64,000 nucleotides of DNA from Candidatus Velthaea sp. (GCA_050012475.1 JBEKHC010000001.1:96001-160000); one strand, 5' to 3'. Positions 19,325-30,256 are shown, counted from the first letter of the stretch. The notes: a model not told the origin generated them from the letters alone. A program made the numbers and translations.

Positions 19325-20011
19325 ATGCCGCTCTTGGGACTCGCCTTCGCTCTGTTGGGAGTAACGCTCGGTTCGCCGGCCGCAGAACTGCGGGCCAAGT
19401 TCGGCGATCCGCTGCTCGTCGAGCGGGTCTCCGCTATCTCGCGGACCGCCGATTACTTGCGGGCCGACGACCCGTCGGCGGTCCTGCGCATAACCGAGCG
19501 CGATGGGGTCGTGTTCGCGGTCGAGATCGAACGCGAACGCCCCGAGCCGACGGCCGGGATCGGCGACGGCTACGGCATCCTGCTCGGCATGGCGCGTTCG
19601 GCGGTCGAGGCCAAACGCAGCGGCAAGCCGGCCGTCGAAACCATGAACACGCTCATCTATCCGGAAGATCCGAACGACGACGCCTCGACGATCTACCGCT
19701 TCGACGGCGACATCCTCGAGGGCATCAAGCTCATCGGCTCGGGTTCATCAGCCGCCGGGAATCCGTCACTCCCGCACCTGGCCGAAGCGACCGGCGCCGG
19801 CTATGCCGACGCGATCCTCGATTTCTCGGCCAGTGTGCTGGTGAGCGACCACTTTCGCGACCGCTACCTCATCGTCCACGGCTGCGATACGAGCGGCCGC
19901 CGCTCGACGATCGACCGGCGGGACGGCCGCACGTACGCCGTTACCAGCGCGACCTGCAACGATAAGCCGCGCACGTTCTACTTCGATATCAGCCGGGCGC
20001 AGCCGCACTAG
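19325..20011 (+). CDS. Secreted hypothetical protein
   Basis: Hydrophobic N-terminus, two LG-x8/9-G-x-P units, C-terminal FYFDIS. Confidence 0.65.
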   Translation: MPLLGLAFALLGVTLGSPAAELRAKFGDPLLVERVSAISRTADYLRADDPSAVLRITERDGVVFAVEIERERPEPTAGIGDGYGILLGMARSAVEAKRSGKPAVETMNTLIYPEDPNDDASTIYRFDGDILEGIKLIGSGSSAAGNPSLPHLAEATGAGYADAILDFSASVLVSDHFRDRYLIVHGCDTSGRRSTIDRRDGRTYAVTSATCNDKPRTFYFDISRAQPH

Positions 20012-20038
20012 CGGCAGTCACGCTCGACCGGCCGGCGC

Positions 20039-21382
20039 TCAAAAGATGCTCGCGATCAGGTCGGAAACCTCGTGCGCGGCCGCGACCGCGCCTTTGCCGA
20101 TGTCTTTGCCGACGGTCGCCGCGTCATGTGCGGCGCCGTTGATGATCGCTTGCCCGGTCTTGCTCTCAAGCGCCTTGGTGGCGAGGTACGAAGCACCCAC
20201 ACCGAGCGCGACTGCGCCGACGGCTGCCAGGCCGACTGGTCCGGTTGCGGCGACCACCGCTGCGTCCGCCGCGATCTCGCCGATGCCGAGCCCGGCCCCT
20301 GCGGCCGCGGCATCGGTCCCGATGCCGGCCGCAGCCGCGGCGTCTCCCGCGACGTTCGTCACGACGTCGCCGGCCACGGTTCCCGCGACGTTGGCGACGC
20401 TCGCGTCCGCGACGCTTTTGCCGCTCGCGACGTCGACGGCGGTGGAGGCAACGGTCAGCGCGGCGCCGACGAGCGGAACGTCGCGCAGAACGCCGACGCC
20501 ATTCTTGAGCAGCCCCTTGGACAGCGTTTCGGCCGAGGCGGCCTCGGAGCTCCCCACCTTGGTGAAATCTCCGACGGAGGCGCCGATGATGTCGGCGCCC
20601 TTGCGGACGAGGCTCTTTCCCGCTGCTTCGGCGATCGCCGTATCCGCCTTCGCCGCTGACCTGAGCTTGACCGCGAGGTCCGTCCCGTCACTGCGGATCG
20701 CGGGCGGCAGCGCGTTGATGGCCTTGTCGGCGCTGCTGCTCCAGTTGTTGTAAGCGCTGCCGACGGCCGCTTTTGCTTTGCTCGCCAAGGTACCGAGTGG
20801 ACCGCGGAGGACGCCCGGCGCTGCGGCAACGGCGCGATCGATCGTCGCCCCGGCGGAGCGGCCTGCCGACCGGGCGATGGCGTCGAGCGGCGCCTTCACG
20901 CCGTCGAGAAAGCGCGCCGCCTGGTTTGCCGAGTCGAGCTGGTCGGCGAGAAGCCGGGCGCCGGCACTGTCGCCGTGGGCCCCGCCGGCCAGCCGTTCAC
21001 CCAGGGTGCGCTCGCCCTTAGCGAGCTTGGCGAGATCCTTGATCGCGCTTTGACGCTCGGAAATCGTTTGCGTCGACCAGTTGGCGAGCGTCTTCTCGAC
21101 GTTGTCCGCCAGCGCACCGTTCGCTTTCGCGGCGTCTTCGTACGCTTGCACGATCGCGTGCGGAGCGGCCGCGGCACCGGCCGCGAAATCGGCGATGTTC
21201 GTCGCGTTCTGCTCGATCAGCCGTTCCGGGGCTGAAGCGACGGAGTCCGGCCTCACGTGCGGCGGCATCGCTTTGGGCACGGCCGGCGGCTTCGCCCAAA
21301 AGGCCGGCGGCTGCGCCCGCAAAAGCGGCGGCTCCGGCGATGGCGGCGGCAAGGCGGAGCGGGAGGTGATCGCGGAACTCAT
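20039..21382 (-). CDS. Ala/Gly-rich helical protein with hydrophobic C-terminal region (toxin-like)
   Basis: 447-aa ORF, Pro-rich N-terminus, C-terminal GPVGLAAVGAVALGVGASYLA. Confidence 0.7.
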   Translation of the reverse strand: MSSAITSRSALPPPSPEPPLLRAQPPAFWAKPPAVPKAMPPHVRPDSVASAPERLIEQNATNIADFAAGAAAAPHAIVQAYEDAAKANGALADNVEKTLANWSTQTISERQSAIKDLAKLAKGERTLGERLAGGAHGDSAGARLLADQLDSANQAARFLDGVKAPLDAIARSAGRSAGATIDRAVAAAPGVLRGPLGTLASKAKAAVGSAYNNWSSSADKAINALPPAIRSDGTDLAVKLRSAAKADTAIAEAAGKSLVRKGADIIGASVGDFTKVGSSEAASAETLSKGLLKNGVGVLRDVPLVGAALTVASTAVDVASGKSVADASVANVAGTVAGDVVTNVAGDAAAAAGIGTDAAAAGAGLGIGEIAADAAVVAATGPVGLAAVGAVALGVGASYLATKALESKTGQAIINGAAHDAATVGKDIGKGAVAAAHEVSDLIASIF

Positions 21383-21487
21383 CGATGTGGCACCTTTCCG
21401 GCAGACGCGAATGCTTCTGCCGGCCCTATCGCGTGCAAGCCCCGAAAAGTCAAGGCCGCTCGAGCCACCCGATCGCCGCGGTCACCG

Positions 21488-21546
21488 GCGGTGCGAATCG
21501 AATGGCGGTGCGAATCCAATGCGGCGCGAATCCAACGCGAATCCAA
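21488..21546. repeat. Short degenerate tandem repeat (GCGGYGCGAATCCAAT-like, about 4 copies)
   Basis: GCGAATC(C/G)AA core occurs four times. Confidence 0.7.
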
Positions 21547-21578
21547 AATGAAGAGGCGCCGGTTCGGCTCGGCGCCTC
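21543..21578 (-). terminator. Probable intrinsic terminator after the HtrA gene
   Basis: GAGGCGCCG/CGGCGCCTC stem followed by TTCATTTT on the minus strand. Confidence 0.55.
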
Positions 21579-21605
21579 GTCATGTCGCAGTCGGGACGTT
21601 CCCGG

Positions 21606-22844
21606 TTACGGGCCGCCGTTGGGATCCTGCTGCTGCGGTTGGCCGAAGCCGGGCGGGGCTTCGCCGATCTTCACGCTGACGAGCTTTTTGAGCCCGGCGC
21701 TGAAGACTTGCATGGCCGCGCTCTGCCCGGGTTTGAGCGCGCGGATCGCTTTGGTGAGCTCGTCGGGCGAATTGACCGGTTTGCCGTCGATCGAGGTGAT
21801 CACGTCGCCGGCTTGGAGGCCGGCTTGGTCGGCGGGGGTGCCTTGATAGACGCCGCTCACGACCACGCCGGTCTTGCCCTGGTAGTTGATTTGCGCGCGG
21901 ACGTTGTCGTCGAGCGCCTGCAGCGCGACGCCGATGTAAGGGATGCCGGTGCCGGTCGAGTTGGCCTCGAGGGTTTGGCCCGGATTCTTCAGGAGCAGCG
22001 CGACTTGCTGTTTCATGATGTTGACCGGGATCGCGAAACCGATCCCCTGCGCGCCCGCTTGCGGGTTCGCGGTCGACTGATTCACGCCGATGAGCCGCCC
22101 CTGCACGTCGACGAGCGGGCCGCCGGAATTACCGGGATTGATCGGCGCGGACGTTTGCATGAGCCCCTTGAACTGGCGCGCCTGCTCGCCCTCGCCGCCG
22201 ATCGTTTCATCGCGGTTGAAGCCCGAAACGACGCCGACGGAGACCGACTGCTTAAGCTCGAAGGGTTCGCCGATGGCAATCGCCCATTGCCCGGCGGCCA
22301 GCTTGTCGCTGTCACCCAGCTCGATGGGTGCCGGCAGCTTTGCGTAGTTGCTGACCTTGATCAGCGCGAGGTCGGCGGCCGGATTACGCGAGTAAACCGT
22401 CGCCTTCTTGCGATCGCCGTTGGCGAAGATCACTTCGATGTCCGACGTTCCGCTGGGAACGACGTGTGCATTGGTGACGATCATTCCGGACTTGTCATAG
22501 ACGAAGCCCGAGCCCGAGGCTTGCGCATGGTAGCGCTGCACGCGGCCGACCGATGGTCCGCCGCCGAAGAATTGTGAAAACGGATCGGCCGGGATCACCC
22601 GCGTGCCGTTGATGGTGACGTCGATGGCGACCACCGCCGGCTGCACCCGTTTGACCGCATTGACGATCCGGTCCTGATCGCTCGTGCCACTTCCCATCAG
22701 AGGCGCCGCGCTGACGGCAGGCGGCGTATTGTTCGGTCCTGCGACGTTGGCAAAATGCGTGCTGGCAAAGAGCATCATCGAAAAGCTGCCGACGATCGCT
22801 CCGACGAGGCCGACGACCGCCGTCCCGAAAAATCGAGACTTCAT
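21606..22844 (-). CDS. HtrA/DegP-family serine protease with PDZ domain
   Basis: TNAHVV, DLALIK, INPGNSGGPL catalytic triad; single PDZ. Confidence 0.95.
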   Translation of the reverse strand: MKSRFFGTAVVGLVGAIVGSFSMMLFASTHFANVAGPNNTPPAVSAAPLMGSGTSDQDRIVNAVKRVQPAVVAIDVTINGTRVIPADPFSQFFGGGPSVGRVQRYHAQASGSGFVYDKSGMIVTNAHVVPSGTSDIEVIFANGDRKKATVYSRNPAADLALIKVSNYAKLPAPIELGDSDKLAAGQWAIAIGEPFELKQSVSVGVVSGFNRDETIGGEGEQARQFKGLMQTSAPINPGNSGGPLVDVQGRLIGVNQSTANPQAGAQGIGFAIPVNIMKQQVALLLKNPGQTLEANSTGTGIPYIGVALQALDDNVRAQINYQGKTGVVVSGVYQGTPADQAGLQAGDVITSIDGKPVNSPDELTKAIRALKPGQSAAMQVFSAGLKKLVSVKIGEAPPGFGQPQQQDPNGGP

Positions 22845-22944
22845 GTTTGGTGGTTCTCCAATGGTTGGTGGGAAGAGTGGAAACGTTCGCTACCCTATAC
22901 AGGGTTTGGCGAGCCGGGGTGACGGATCGCGCCCAGATTTTTCC

Positions 22945-23712
22945 TCATTTTAATCCGTTTTGCAGCGCTGCTCCGGCGAGCGGAAAAACTCCCGTCCCCG
23001 CCAAGATGACCAGCGCCGCAGCGATCGCGCTGCCGCGAGGCAACCGAGCGACGATGATCATCCCGGTCGCGAGCAGTACGCTGTCCCAAACGGCGAAGAC
23101 GTTGATGGCGCTGAGAAAGGCTGCGGCCGGCTTGGCTTCCGGCGAGACAAACGTACCCAGACCGGGGACGGCGTTCGCAACGTCGGCCGACGACGGGAAG
23201 GCGTCCGGCCCGCGCAGCAGCGCGATCGCGAGCAGCGCGACCGAGGCGATCCCGGTGCCGACGACGGCCGCATTGACCGCCAGCGCCCAGAATTTTTTGA
23301 ACGTCCCGTCGCCGCCCCCCAGGGCGTTCGCGGCCAGCATGACCAGGGCTTGCAGCGCGCAACCGCCGGCCAACACGAACGGGATCAGCAGGAACGAAAA
23401 GCCGGTGAGCGTTTTGGCCAGCCCGAGCTGCTGCGCAATGAGCGCGTTGCGGGCGTCGGCCGGCATCTGCGCGATTTGCCCGGTAGCAGCGAACCGCGCC
23501 GGCAATTCGCGCTCGAGCACGTGCAGCCAAATCGGGTTCATGGCCAAGGTCGCGATCATCCCGAGCAGCGCTGCGATGGCGAAGGCCCAGCCCCAGGTCG
23601 GGGCCTCGCGCAGTGCCGCGCATGCCGCTCGAGGCGCGATCGCGATGTCGAGCGCCGTCTGCAGCCCGGCGCGAGCGCCGGCGGGCCGCACCGGCTCAGC
23701 CCCGGCGGGCAT
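22945..23712 (-). CDS. Yip1-domain membrane protein
   Basis: Multi-TM protein, last gene of the ABC exporter operon. Confidence 0.65.
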   Translation of the reverse strand: MPAGAEPVRPAGARAGLQTALDIAIAPRAACAALREAPTWGWAFAIAALLGMIATLAMNPIWLHVLERELPARFAATGQIAQMPADARNALIAQQLGLAKTLTGFSFLLIPFVLAGGCALQALVMLAANALGGGDGTFKKFWALAVNAAVVGTGIASVALLAIALLRGPDAFPSSADVANAVPGLGTFVSPEAKPAAAFLSAINVFAVWDSVLLATGMIIVARLPRGSAIAAALVILAGTGVFPLAGAALQNGLK

Positions 23713-24415
23713 CGGTCGCGACCGTCGCTTCGTCGGCCACGACCAAACCGTCGCGGACGCGAATGACGCGTTTGGCGTGGGCGGCGATATCTTCATCGTG
23801 CGTCACCATGATGATCGTTCGACCCGCGCGGTTGAGCTGTTCGAAGAGCGCCATGATCTCTTCGCTGGTCTGACTGTCGAGATTGCCGGTCGGCTCGTCG
23901 GCTAACAAGACGGCGGGATCGTTCACCAGCGCGCGCGCGATCGCGACCCGCTGTTGCTGGCCGCCGGACAGTTCGCTGGGCTTGTGGTCGAGCCGGTCGC
24001 CCAGGCCGACTTCGCGCAACTGTTCGGCCGCGGCGGCGTTGCGCGAACGCAGCGATGTCCCCGCATAAAACAGCGGCAAGGCCACGTTCTTGAGCGCCGA
24101 GGTGCGCGCGAGCAGATTGAAGCCTTGAAACACGAAGCCCAGTTTCTTGAGCCGGATCGCGGCCAAAGCGTCGTCGGTCAAGGTGCCGACATCGATGCCG
24201 TCGAGTTCGTAGCGGCCCGTGGTCGGCCGGTCCAGGCAGCCCAGCGTGTTCATCAGGGTCGACTTTCCCGAACCCGACGGTCCCATGATCGCAACGTATT
24301 CACCGGACGCGATGCGGAAGCTCACGCCGCGCAAGGCGTGCACTTCGATGTCGCCGAGCACGTAGGTTTTGGTCACGCCAGTGAGCGCAATGACCGGGCG
24401 CGCGGCGTCATTCAT
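23696..24415 (-). CDS. MacB/LolD-type ABC ATP-binding protein
   Basis: [27 protein letters not shown]. Confidence 0.95.
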   Translation of the reverse strand: MNDAARPVIALTGVTKTYVLGDIEVHALRGVSFRIASGEYVAIMGPSGSGKSTLMNTLGCLDRPTTGRYELDGIDVGTLTDDALAAIRLKKLGFVFQGFNLLARTSALKNVALPLFYAGTSLRSRNAAAAEQLREVGLGDRLDHKPSELSGGQQQRVAIARALVNDPAVLLADEPTGNLDSQTSEEIMALFEQLNRAGRTIIMVTHDEDIAAHAKRVIRVRDGLVVADEATVATDARRG

Positions 24416-25601
24416 AGCGCAGCGCCTCGATCGGATCGAGCGTTGCCGCGCGGTAGGCCGGATAGGTCCCGAACGCCAGCGTGACGAGCGTCGCGAAACC
24501 GGTCGCGATCGCCGCCGAGCGCAGCCACGGAATCGGCGCGACGACGCCCGAAATCTGCACCAGGGCGAAGTGATTGACCGCCGCGCCGATCGCCAGGCCC
24601 AAGATCAGCCCGATGGCGCAGCCGATCGACGACAGGAGCAGCGCCTCGATGAAAAATTGGGCCAGCACTTGTCCGCGCGTGGCGCCGATGGCTTTGCGCA
24701 AACCGATTTCGCGCGTTCGTTCGGCGACCGAGACGAGCATGATGTTGAGGATCCCGATCCCCGCCACGAGCAGCGAAACGGCGCCGATGAGGCCGACGAT
24801 GAGCGTCAGGCCGGTGAAGATGCCGTCGATGGCGGATGAAAAGGTCTTGCGGTCGATCGTTTGATACAGCGCGCGGCCGTGTTTGAGCCGGGCGAAATAG
24901 GCCAGCGTCGCGTTCTCCGTTTCCGCCAGTCGCGCCGGATCGTCGACGAGAAAGCGGGCTCCGGTCAGCGGGCGTCCGCGCGCGTAGTCGCGCTCGTACG
25001 CGGTGTACGGGATGAGCACGTCGCTTTGAATGATGTTGGGCGCGATTCCGCCGTTGGGTTTGGCGAGCACGCCGACGATCGTATAGCGGCGTTCGCCGGC
25101 GCGGATCGAACGGCCGACCGGATCGCCGTCGAGCTTGAGTTTTGCGTACGCGTTGTCGAGCAAAATGCAGACGTGCGCGCCGGCGTCGACTTGGGCGCGC
25201 GAGAATCCATCACCAAAGCGGATCGGGGTCGTCACGAAGCGCCGGTCGGAGTCGGCCGACAGCCGCAGTTTGGCTTCGGTCGCGCCCAAGCGCATGGTGA
25301 GCGCCGTCGCGCCCAGCGGCACGCCGGCGGCGACGTTGGGGATGCTGCGCGCTGCGCGGTCGATGTCGGCCACGCTGATTGCGGCGCGGGTGAAATCCGC
25401 TTGGCGCGCGTTGGGAAAGATCGTGAACGATTTGTCGTTGACCGCTCCCAGCACGCCGGTCACCGCGCCCGACATTCCCGAGCCCAGAATTTGGATTGCG
25501 ATCACCGCCATCACGCCGATGATCAGCCCCAGCGTGGTCAGGAACGAACGGGTCTTGTTGGCCCACAGAACGCTCAGGGCTTCGAGCACGTATTGAACCA
25601 A
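24408..25601 (-). CDS. MacB/FtsX-type ABC permease
   Basis: [37 protein letters not shown]. Confidence 0.93.
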   Translation of the reverse strand: MVQYVLEALSVLWANKTRSFLTTLGLIIGVMAVIAIQILGSGMSGAVTGVLGAVNDKSFTIFPNARQADFTRAAISVADIDRAARSIPNVAAGVPLGATALTMRLGATEAKLRLSADSDRRFVTTPIRFGDGFSRAQVDAGAHVCILLDNAYAKLKLDGDPVGRSIRAGERRYTIVGVLAKPNGGIAPNIIQSDVLIPYTAYERDYARGRPLTGARFLVDDPARLAETENATLAYFARLKHGRALYQTIDRKTFSSAIDGIFTGLTLIVGLIGAVSLLVAGIGILNIMLVSVAERTREIGLRKAIGATRGQVLAQFFIEALLLSSIGCAIGLILGLAIGAAVNHFALVQISGVVAPIPWLRSAAIATGFATLVTLAFGTYPAYRAATLDPIEALRYE

Positions 25602-25613
25602 GCTACGCCCGCA

Positions 25614-26804
25614 CTACGAGCGCAACGCGGAGATGGGATCGAGCCGGCTGGCGCGCAGCGCGGGGTAGGTGCCGAAGACCGTCCCCACCAGGGTCGAAAA
25701 ACCGACCGCGACGGACACGATCAAAAGGTACGGAATCGGCGCCGGGCCGACCAGCGCGGCGATCGAGCCGTACGCTGCGACGACGGCAAAGAATCCGATC
25801 GCCGTCCCGATGCCGCCGCCGATGAGCGAGAGCAGGATCGCCTCGAGCAAAAACTGCAGCGCGATATCCGCGTTGCGCGCGCCGATCGACTTGCGCAGCC
25901 CGATCTCGCGCGTTCGCTCCGTTACCGAGACGAGCATGATGTTCATGATGCCGATGCCGGCGACCACCAGCGCCACGCCGCCGATCGCGGTCAGGCCGTT
26001 GGCGATGACGCCCAGCACGGTGTTGAAGGTCTGCAAGTTCGCCGTATTGTCTTGCACGACGTATTTCGCGCCGGGTCCGTGGAGGCGCCGCAGCACGGCG
26101 GTGACGTCGTCGCCGATCTCGGCCACGCCGATGCCGTTGGCGGCGTACAGGCTCAGTCCGTCCGTCGGCCCCGGCGCGATGTCGTGAAACATCGTGTACG
26201 GCAGCGTGAAAAAATCGTTGGCGCCTGCGGAGTTGAACAGGCCGCCTTTGATCTCGGCCCAGATGCCGACCACGGTGCAGCTCGACCCGCCGACCCGCAA
26301 GACTTGGCCCAGCGCGGGTCCGTCGAACATCCGCTGCGCCAGCGCGCGCGTGAGGTTGCAGACGCGCGCGCCGGTGGTGAGATCGGCCGTGCTGATCCGG
26401 CGTCCCGCGAGCATGACGATCGAGTCGGGATGATAATCGCCGTCGGACACCCCGAAGGTCGTGTACTTGCGGTTCCCCACCCGCAAGCTGAATTGGCGCT
26501 GATAGGCCGGTTCGATATCTTTGAGTTTGCCCGCCAGTGCCTCGCCGGCGATCCGGGCGTCGCGGTACTGGATCGCCGCGCTTTGCGGATCGTTCTGATC
26601 CGGATCGACGCTGACCGAAACGCCCGGATCGCCGAACGAATCCAGCGTTCCGCTGATGCCGCCCGATGCCGCTTTGCTGATGCCCAGCACCGCGATGATC
26701 GACGACGTCCCGATGATCATGCCCAGCAGGGTCAGCAGCGAACGGGTGCGGTTGCGCCAAATCGCTTCGAAGGCTTCCGCGATATACGCGCCCAGCCGGC
26801 TCAT
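25614..26804 (-). CDS. MacB/FtsX-type ABC permease
   Basis: [27 protein letters not shown]. Confidence 0.93.
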   Translation of the reverse strand: MSRLGAYIAEAFEAIWRNRTRSLLTLLGMIIGTSSIIAVLGISKAASGGISGTLDSFGDPGVSVSVDPDQNDPQSAAIQYRDARIAGEALAGKLKDIEPAYQRQFSLRVGNRKYTTFGVSDGDYHPDSIVMLAGRRISTADLTTGARVCNLTRALAQRMFDGPALGQVLRVGGSSCTVVGIWAEIKGGLFNSAGANDFFTLPYTMFHDIAPGPTDGLSLYAANGIGVAEIGDDVTAVLRRLHGPGAKYVVQDNTANLQTFNTVLGVIANGLTAIGGVALVVAGIGIMNIMLVSVTERTREIGLRKSIGARNADIALQFLLEAILLSLIGGGIGTAIGFFAVVAAYGSIAALVGPAPIPYLLIVSVAVGFSTLVGTVFGTYPALRASRLDPISALRS

Positions 26805-28363
26805 CCCGCGCCGTTGCTCGCGCTGGGCGCCGGCGACGGTTCCGGCGCGGCTTTCACCGCGACATTGTCGGCGATGGCCGGGTTCCGGTCGACGACGACG
26901 GTGTCGCCCGGTTTGAGACCGTGCGTGATGACGGTTTGCGTGTCGTTCGTCGCTCCGGCGACGACGTTCGTTTTGAGCGTGCGCCCGTCGGCGGGGCGGA
27001 CGACGAAGACGTACGGCTTGCCGTTGTCACGGCGAATCGCCTCGCTGGGCAGCGCGATCACGTGCGCTTCATCGACGGTCACGATGTCGACGTCGACGTT
27101 CATGCCGTCGCGCAGAAACGGCAGCGAACCCTGCAGCTTGATCGTGGTGATGATCTGGCGCGACGTGTTCGCAGGATCGTCGCTCTTTTGCGCCACCTCG
27201 CCGATTGCCGCCACGCGTCCGTCGATCGTGCTGCTGCCGAGGTCTTCACCGCTGATGCGTGCTGCTTGACCCAGTTTGACTTGCGAAATGTCTTGTTCGT
27301 CGACGCGCGCCCGGACGATAAAACCGGTATTTGCCGCCAGCGTCACGAGCGGTTGTCCGGCGGACAGATTGTCTCCGGGCTGCAGCGGGCGCAGCGAATC
27401 GTTCGTTTGCACGGCGATCGTTTGCACGATGCCGGCGAACGGCGCCACGATGGACAGCCGCGCGACCTGGTCTTGGGCATAGCGCAGATCGTTGAGCCGC
27501 GCGGCGGCATCGCCGCGCGCGGCCACCAGGTCACCGGCCTTGTTTTGCTCGGATTCGAGTTTGGCGGCGGCGAGCGCGGCTTGTGCTTGCCGCACGGCGT
27601 CGCGCGCCGCGCGCACGCGGTCGGCGAGCACCGAGACGTTCTGTGAAAGCTGCGTGTACGTGTCTTGGCGCTGGCGTTCGGCCTGGTCGGCGGCGATTTG
27701 CGCTTGGGCGAGGCGCGCGGCTTGCTGGCTGAGCGTATCTTTGGAGATGGCTTTGTTCGCGTAGAGGTCCTTGTCCGCATCGTAGATGCGCTGGGCTTCG
27801 CTCAAACTCGTGCGCGCGTTGGCTACGCCGGCGTCGGCGCCCACGCGCTGGGATTCGGCGGTGGCGCCGCCGTACCCCAACCCCGATTGCGCACCGTTCT
27901 TCTGATCGGTGATGGCCTGGTTCAAATTGAATTTGGCCTGCTCGAGGTTGAACTCGGCTTGCACCACGCTGGATTGGTTTTGTGCCGGCAGCACCGCGTT
28001 GGTCTCGGCTGCCGACGATGCGCGCCCGCGCGCCGCGTCGTAAGCGGCCTGCGCGCCTTCTTCGCTGCTGACCAGTTGCGGATTCGAGAGCTGGAAGAGG
28101 AGCTGGCCGGCCGCGACGCGGTCGCCGGGTTTGACCAGCACGCGCGCGATATCGCCGGGCACGAGCGTCGACAGCGTTCGAATTTGCGGCCGCTGCACGA
28201 CGCCCGTCTCGGGCAGGCGGGTGATGAAACGGCCGTAGGCTGCGGTGGCGAGCTTGGCTTCGATCGCGGCATCCCGGGGATGCCCTGCGGCGAACGCGCC
28301 GATCGCGACGATCGCGATGAGCCCGGCGACCAGTGCGACGAGATTGCGGCGGCGGCGAATCAC
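26801..28363 (-). CDS. HlyD/MacA-type periplasmic adaptor
   Basis: N-terminal TM, VKPGDRVAAGQLL lipoyl half-motif, long coiled coil, IVAPFAG; GTG overlaps the TolC stop. Confidence 0.9.
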   Translation of the reverse strand: MIRRRRNLVALVAGLIAIVAIGAFAAGHPRDAAIEAKLATAAYGRFITRLPETGVVQRPQIRTLSTLVPGDIARVLVKPGDRVAAGQLLFQLSNPQLVSSEEGAQAAYDAARGRASSAAETNAVLPAQNQSSVVQAEFNLEQAKFNLNQAITDQKNGAQSGLGYGGATAESQRVGADAGVANARTSLSEAQRIYDADKDLYANKAISKDTLSQQAARLAQAQIAADQAERQRQDTYTQLSQNVSVLADRVRAARDAVRQAQAALAAAKLESEQNKAGDLVAARGDAAARLNDLRYAQDQVARLSIVAPFAGIVQTIAVQTNDSLRPLQPGDNLSAGQPLVTLAANTGFIVRARVDEQDISQVKLGQAARISGEDLGSSTIDGRVAAIGEVAQKSDDPANTSRQIITTIKLQGSLPFLRDGMNVDVDIVTVDEAHVIALPSEAIRRDNGKPYVFVVRPADGRTLKTNVVAGATNDTQTVITHGLKPGDTVVVDRNPAIADNVAVKAAPEPSPAPSASNGAG

Positions 28364-29766
28364 GTGCGCAGATCCACGATCGCCACCGGATCCAGCGTTC
28401 CGACCGCCACGCGCAGATGGACGACCGCGCCGATGTAGCTGACGCGGGCGTTCACCAGATCGTTCTGCGCCGACAGATTGTCGCGCTCGGCCTGGGTGGC
28501 GTCGGTCAACGAGATCAGCCCGTTCTTGTACTGCAGTTGGGCGATCCGGGCCGACTCGGCGCCCAGTGCGGAGGCCTGTTTGGCGGTTGCGAGATTCGCA
28601 TACGCCGTCTGCGCGCCGCGTTGGGCCTGGCGCACGTCGGTTTCGACCGCGTAGCGGGTCGTGTCGAGTGCGGCTTGCGCGGAATCGATCGCGGCGCGCG
28701 CGGCGCGGTGCTGGGCGTGCCGCGAGCCGTACTCGACCAAGCCGATCTGCAGCGTTTCGGTCGCCCCGATCTGCCAAAAACCCGTGCTGCCGCGCGGACC
28801 CAACGGGAAAGGCTGACCGGTTGACGGATTGGTCAGCGCGCTTTGGGTCGGGATGAATTGGTTGCCAAACGCGGCATTGATCGAAAGCGCCGGCAGCCGG
28901 TCGCTGTCGATGATCGCGTCGGCGAGCCGTGCGTTCGCGACCGCAGCGGCGGCGCCCGCAATATCGGTGCGGCCGGCTTCCGCAGTCGCGATGAGCTCGG
29001 CCAGCGGCGTCGTCGACGGCGCCGGTTCGGGCAGCACGTCCTCGAACACGAAGGCTTGCTCGGGCGGTGCGCCGACGGTCTGCGCCAGCGACTCGCGCGC
29101 CGTCGCTTCGTCGGACTGCGCGGTCGCAAGTGCCGCTTGCGCGCGCAGCGCATTGACCTGCGAGCGCAGCACGTCGACCCCCGCAGCGCGGCCGACGCGT
29201 TCGTTGTCGCGCGCAACGTCCAGCAGCGCTTCTTGATAGGTTTGGTCGACGGCATCGAGGCGGACGGTTTCGCGCCGGACCGAGACGGCGTAGTACGCGC
29301 TGCTCACGTCTTGCGCCAGCTGCTGCTCGGCATGACGCAGGTCGTCGCGATCGGTTTCGACTTGCCGCTTGGCGCGCTGGCTCGTGATCTGGTTGGCCGA
29401 ACCGTTGTAGAGCGTCCACTGCGTGCCGAGTTGCGCCGTATTTTCCGAGAACGTCGTGATGCTGTTGGTCGTCGCCGGACCGATGCCGAACTGTTCGAGC
29501 GATCCGATCGAGCCGTTCGACTGTTTGGTGAGCTGATTTTGCAGCTCTCCGGTAAGCGGCGGATACTCGGCGGCGTGGTCCTTGGCGTATTGCGCTTCAT
29601 CGTTGGCCAGCGTCGCGCGCCGGCTGGCGATCGAGGCGTTGTGATCGAGCGCGAATCGAACGGCCGAACGAACGTCGAGCGGCTGCTCCGGCGGCGGTGA
29701 CTGGGCCCCGACGGGCCGCGCGCAGCAGCACACCGCGATCAGCGCGGCGATCCGGGCGAGGCGCAC
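28360..29766 (-). CDS. TolC-family outer-membrane efflux protein
   Basis: Signal peptide, duplicated OEP repeats, YKNGLISLTD; start approximate. Confidence 0.88.
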   Translation of the reverse strand: MRLARIAALIAVCCCARPVGAQSPPPEQPLDVRSAVRFALDHNASIASRRATLANDEAQYAKDHAAEYPPLTGELQNQLTKQSNGSIGSLEQFGIGPATTNSITTFSENTAQLGTQWTLYNGSANQITSQRAKRQVETDRDDLRHAEQQLAQDVSSAYYAVSVRRETVRLDAVDQTYQEALLDVARDNERVGRAAGVDVLRSQVNALRAQAALATAQSDEATARESLAQTVGAPPEQAFVFEDVLPEPAPSTTPLAELIATAEAGRTDIAGAAAAVANARLADAIIDSDRLPALSINAAFGNQFIPTQSALTNPSTGQPFPLGPRGSTGFWQIGATETLQIGLVEYGSRHAQHRAARAAIDSAQAALDTTRYAVETDVRQAQRGAQTAYANLATAKQASALGAESARIAQLQYKNGLISLTDATQAERDNLSAQNDLVNARVSYIGAVVHLRVAVGTLDPVAIVDLRT

Positions 29767-29866
29767 GGTTACGCGTTTGCCGGAGCGGCGGGGCGCGGAC
29801 GCGTTCGCTTGGGCTGCCTCACGAGGTTCGGGAGCGGCTGCAATGATGGCGCTGGGCGATACGTCG

Positions 29867-30211
29867 TCACGGCTCAACGGTTCGGCGCGCGGGTCCCGTC
29901 GCTTTCTGTTTGGGGCGCGGCGGATCGGCCAACAGCGCATCGACGCTGAGGCGGTGTTCGATGACCGCGCGGGCGCGCTCGAGGCCCTCTTCGCGCAATT
30001 CGAGCATCCGCAGCCGCAAATACATCACGGTCGAGCGCCGCACCCGGGGTGAAAACAGCTCGATTTGGCGTTCTGCCGAGGCCGGCGTCCGGACCGCGTG
30101 GGGCGAGCGCGGTGTTTCGCTTGCTGGGGACGGCAAGGCCTGGGTCCAGAGCGCAAATGATAGGAAACTGACCAAAAAAGCGGGCGAAGCTCGCCGGATA
30201 GTTAACCTCAT
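29867..30211 (-). CDS. Hypothetical secreted protein
   Basis: MRLTIRRASPAFLVSFLSFALWTQA signal-like N-terminus; divergent from rnj. Confidence 0.45.
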   Translation of the reverse strand: MRLTIRRASPAFLVSFLSFALWTQALPSPASETPRSPHAVRTPASAERQIELFSPRVRRSTVMYLRLRMLELREEGLERARAVIEHRLSVDALLADPPRPKQKATGPARRTVEP

Positions 30212-30256
30212 ACGATTCCCGATCACGCGCGACGGGGTCACATCAAGGACGGAATT

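Noticed and set aside
28364..29419. N-terminal extension making the adaptor 872 aa
   Set aside because: Overlaps the TolC gene in another frame; the plausible start is the GTG at 28363
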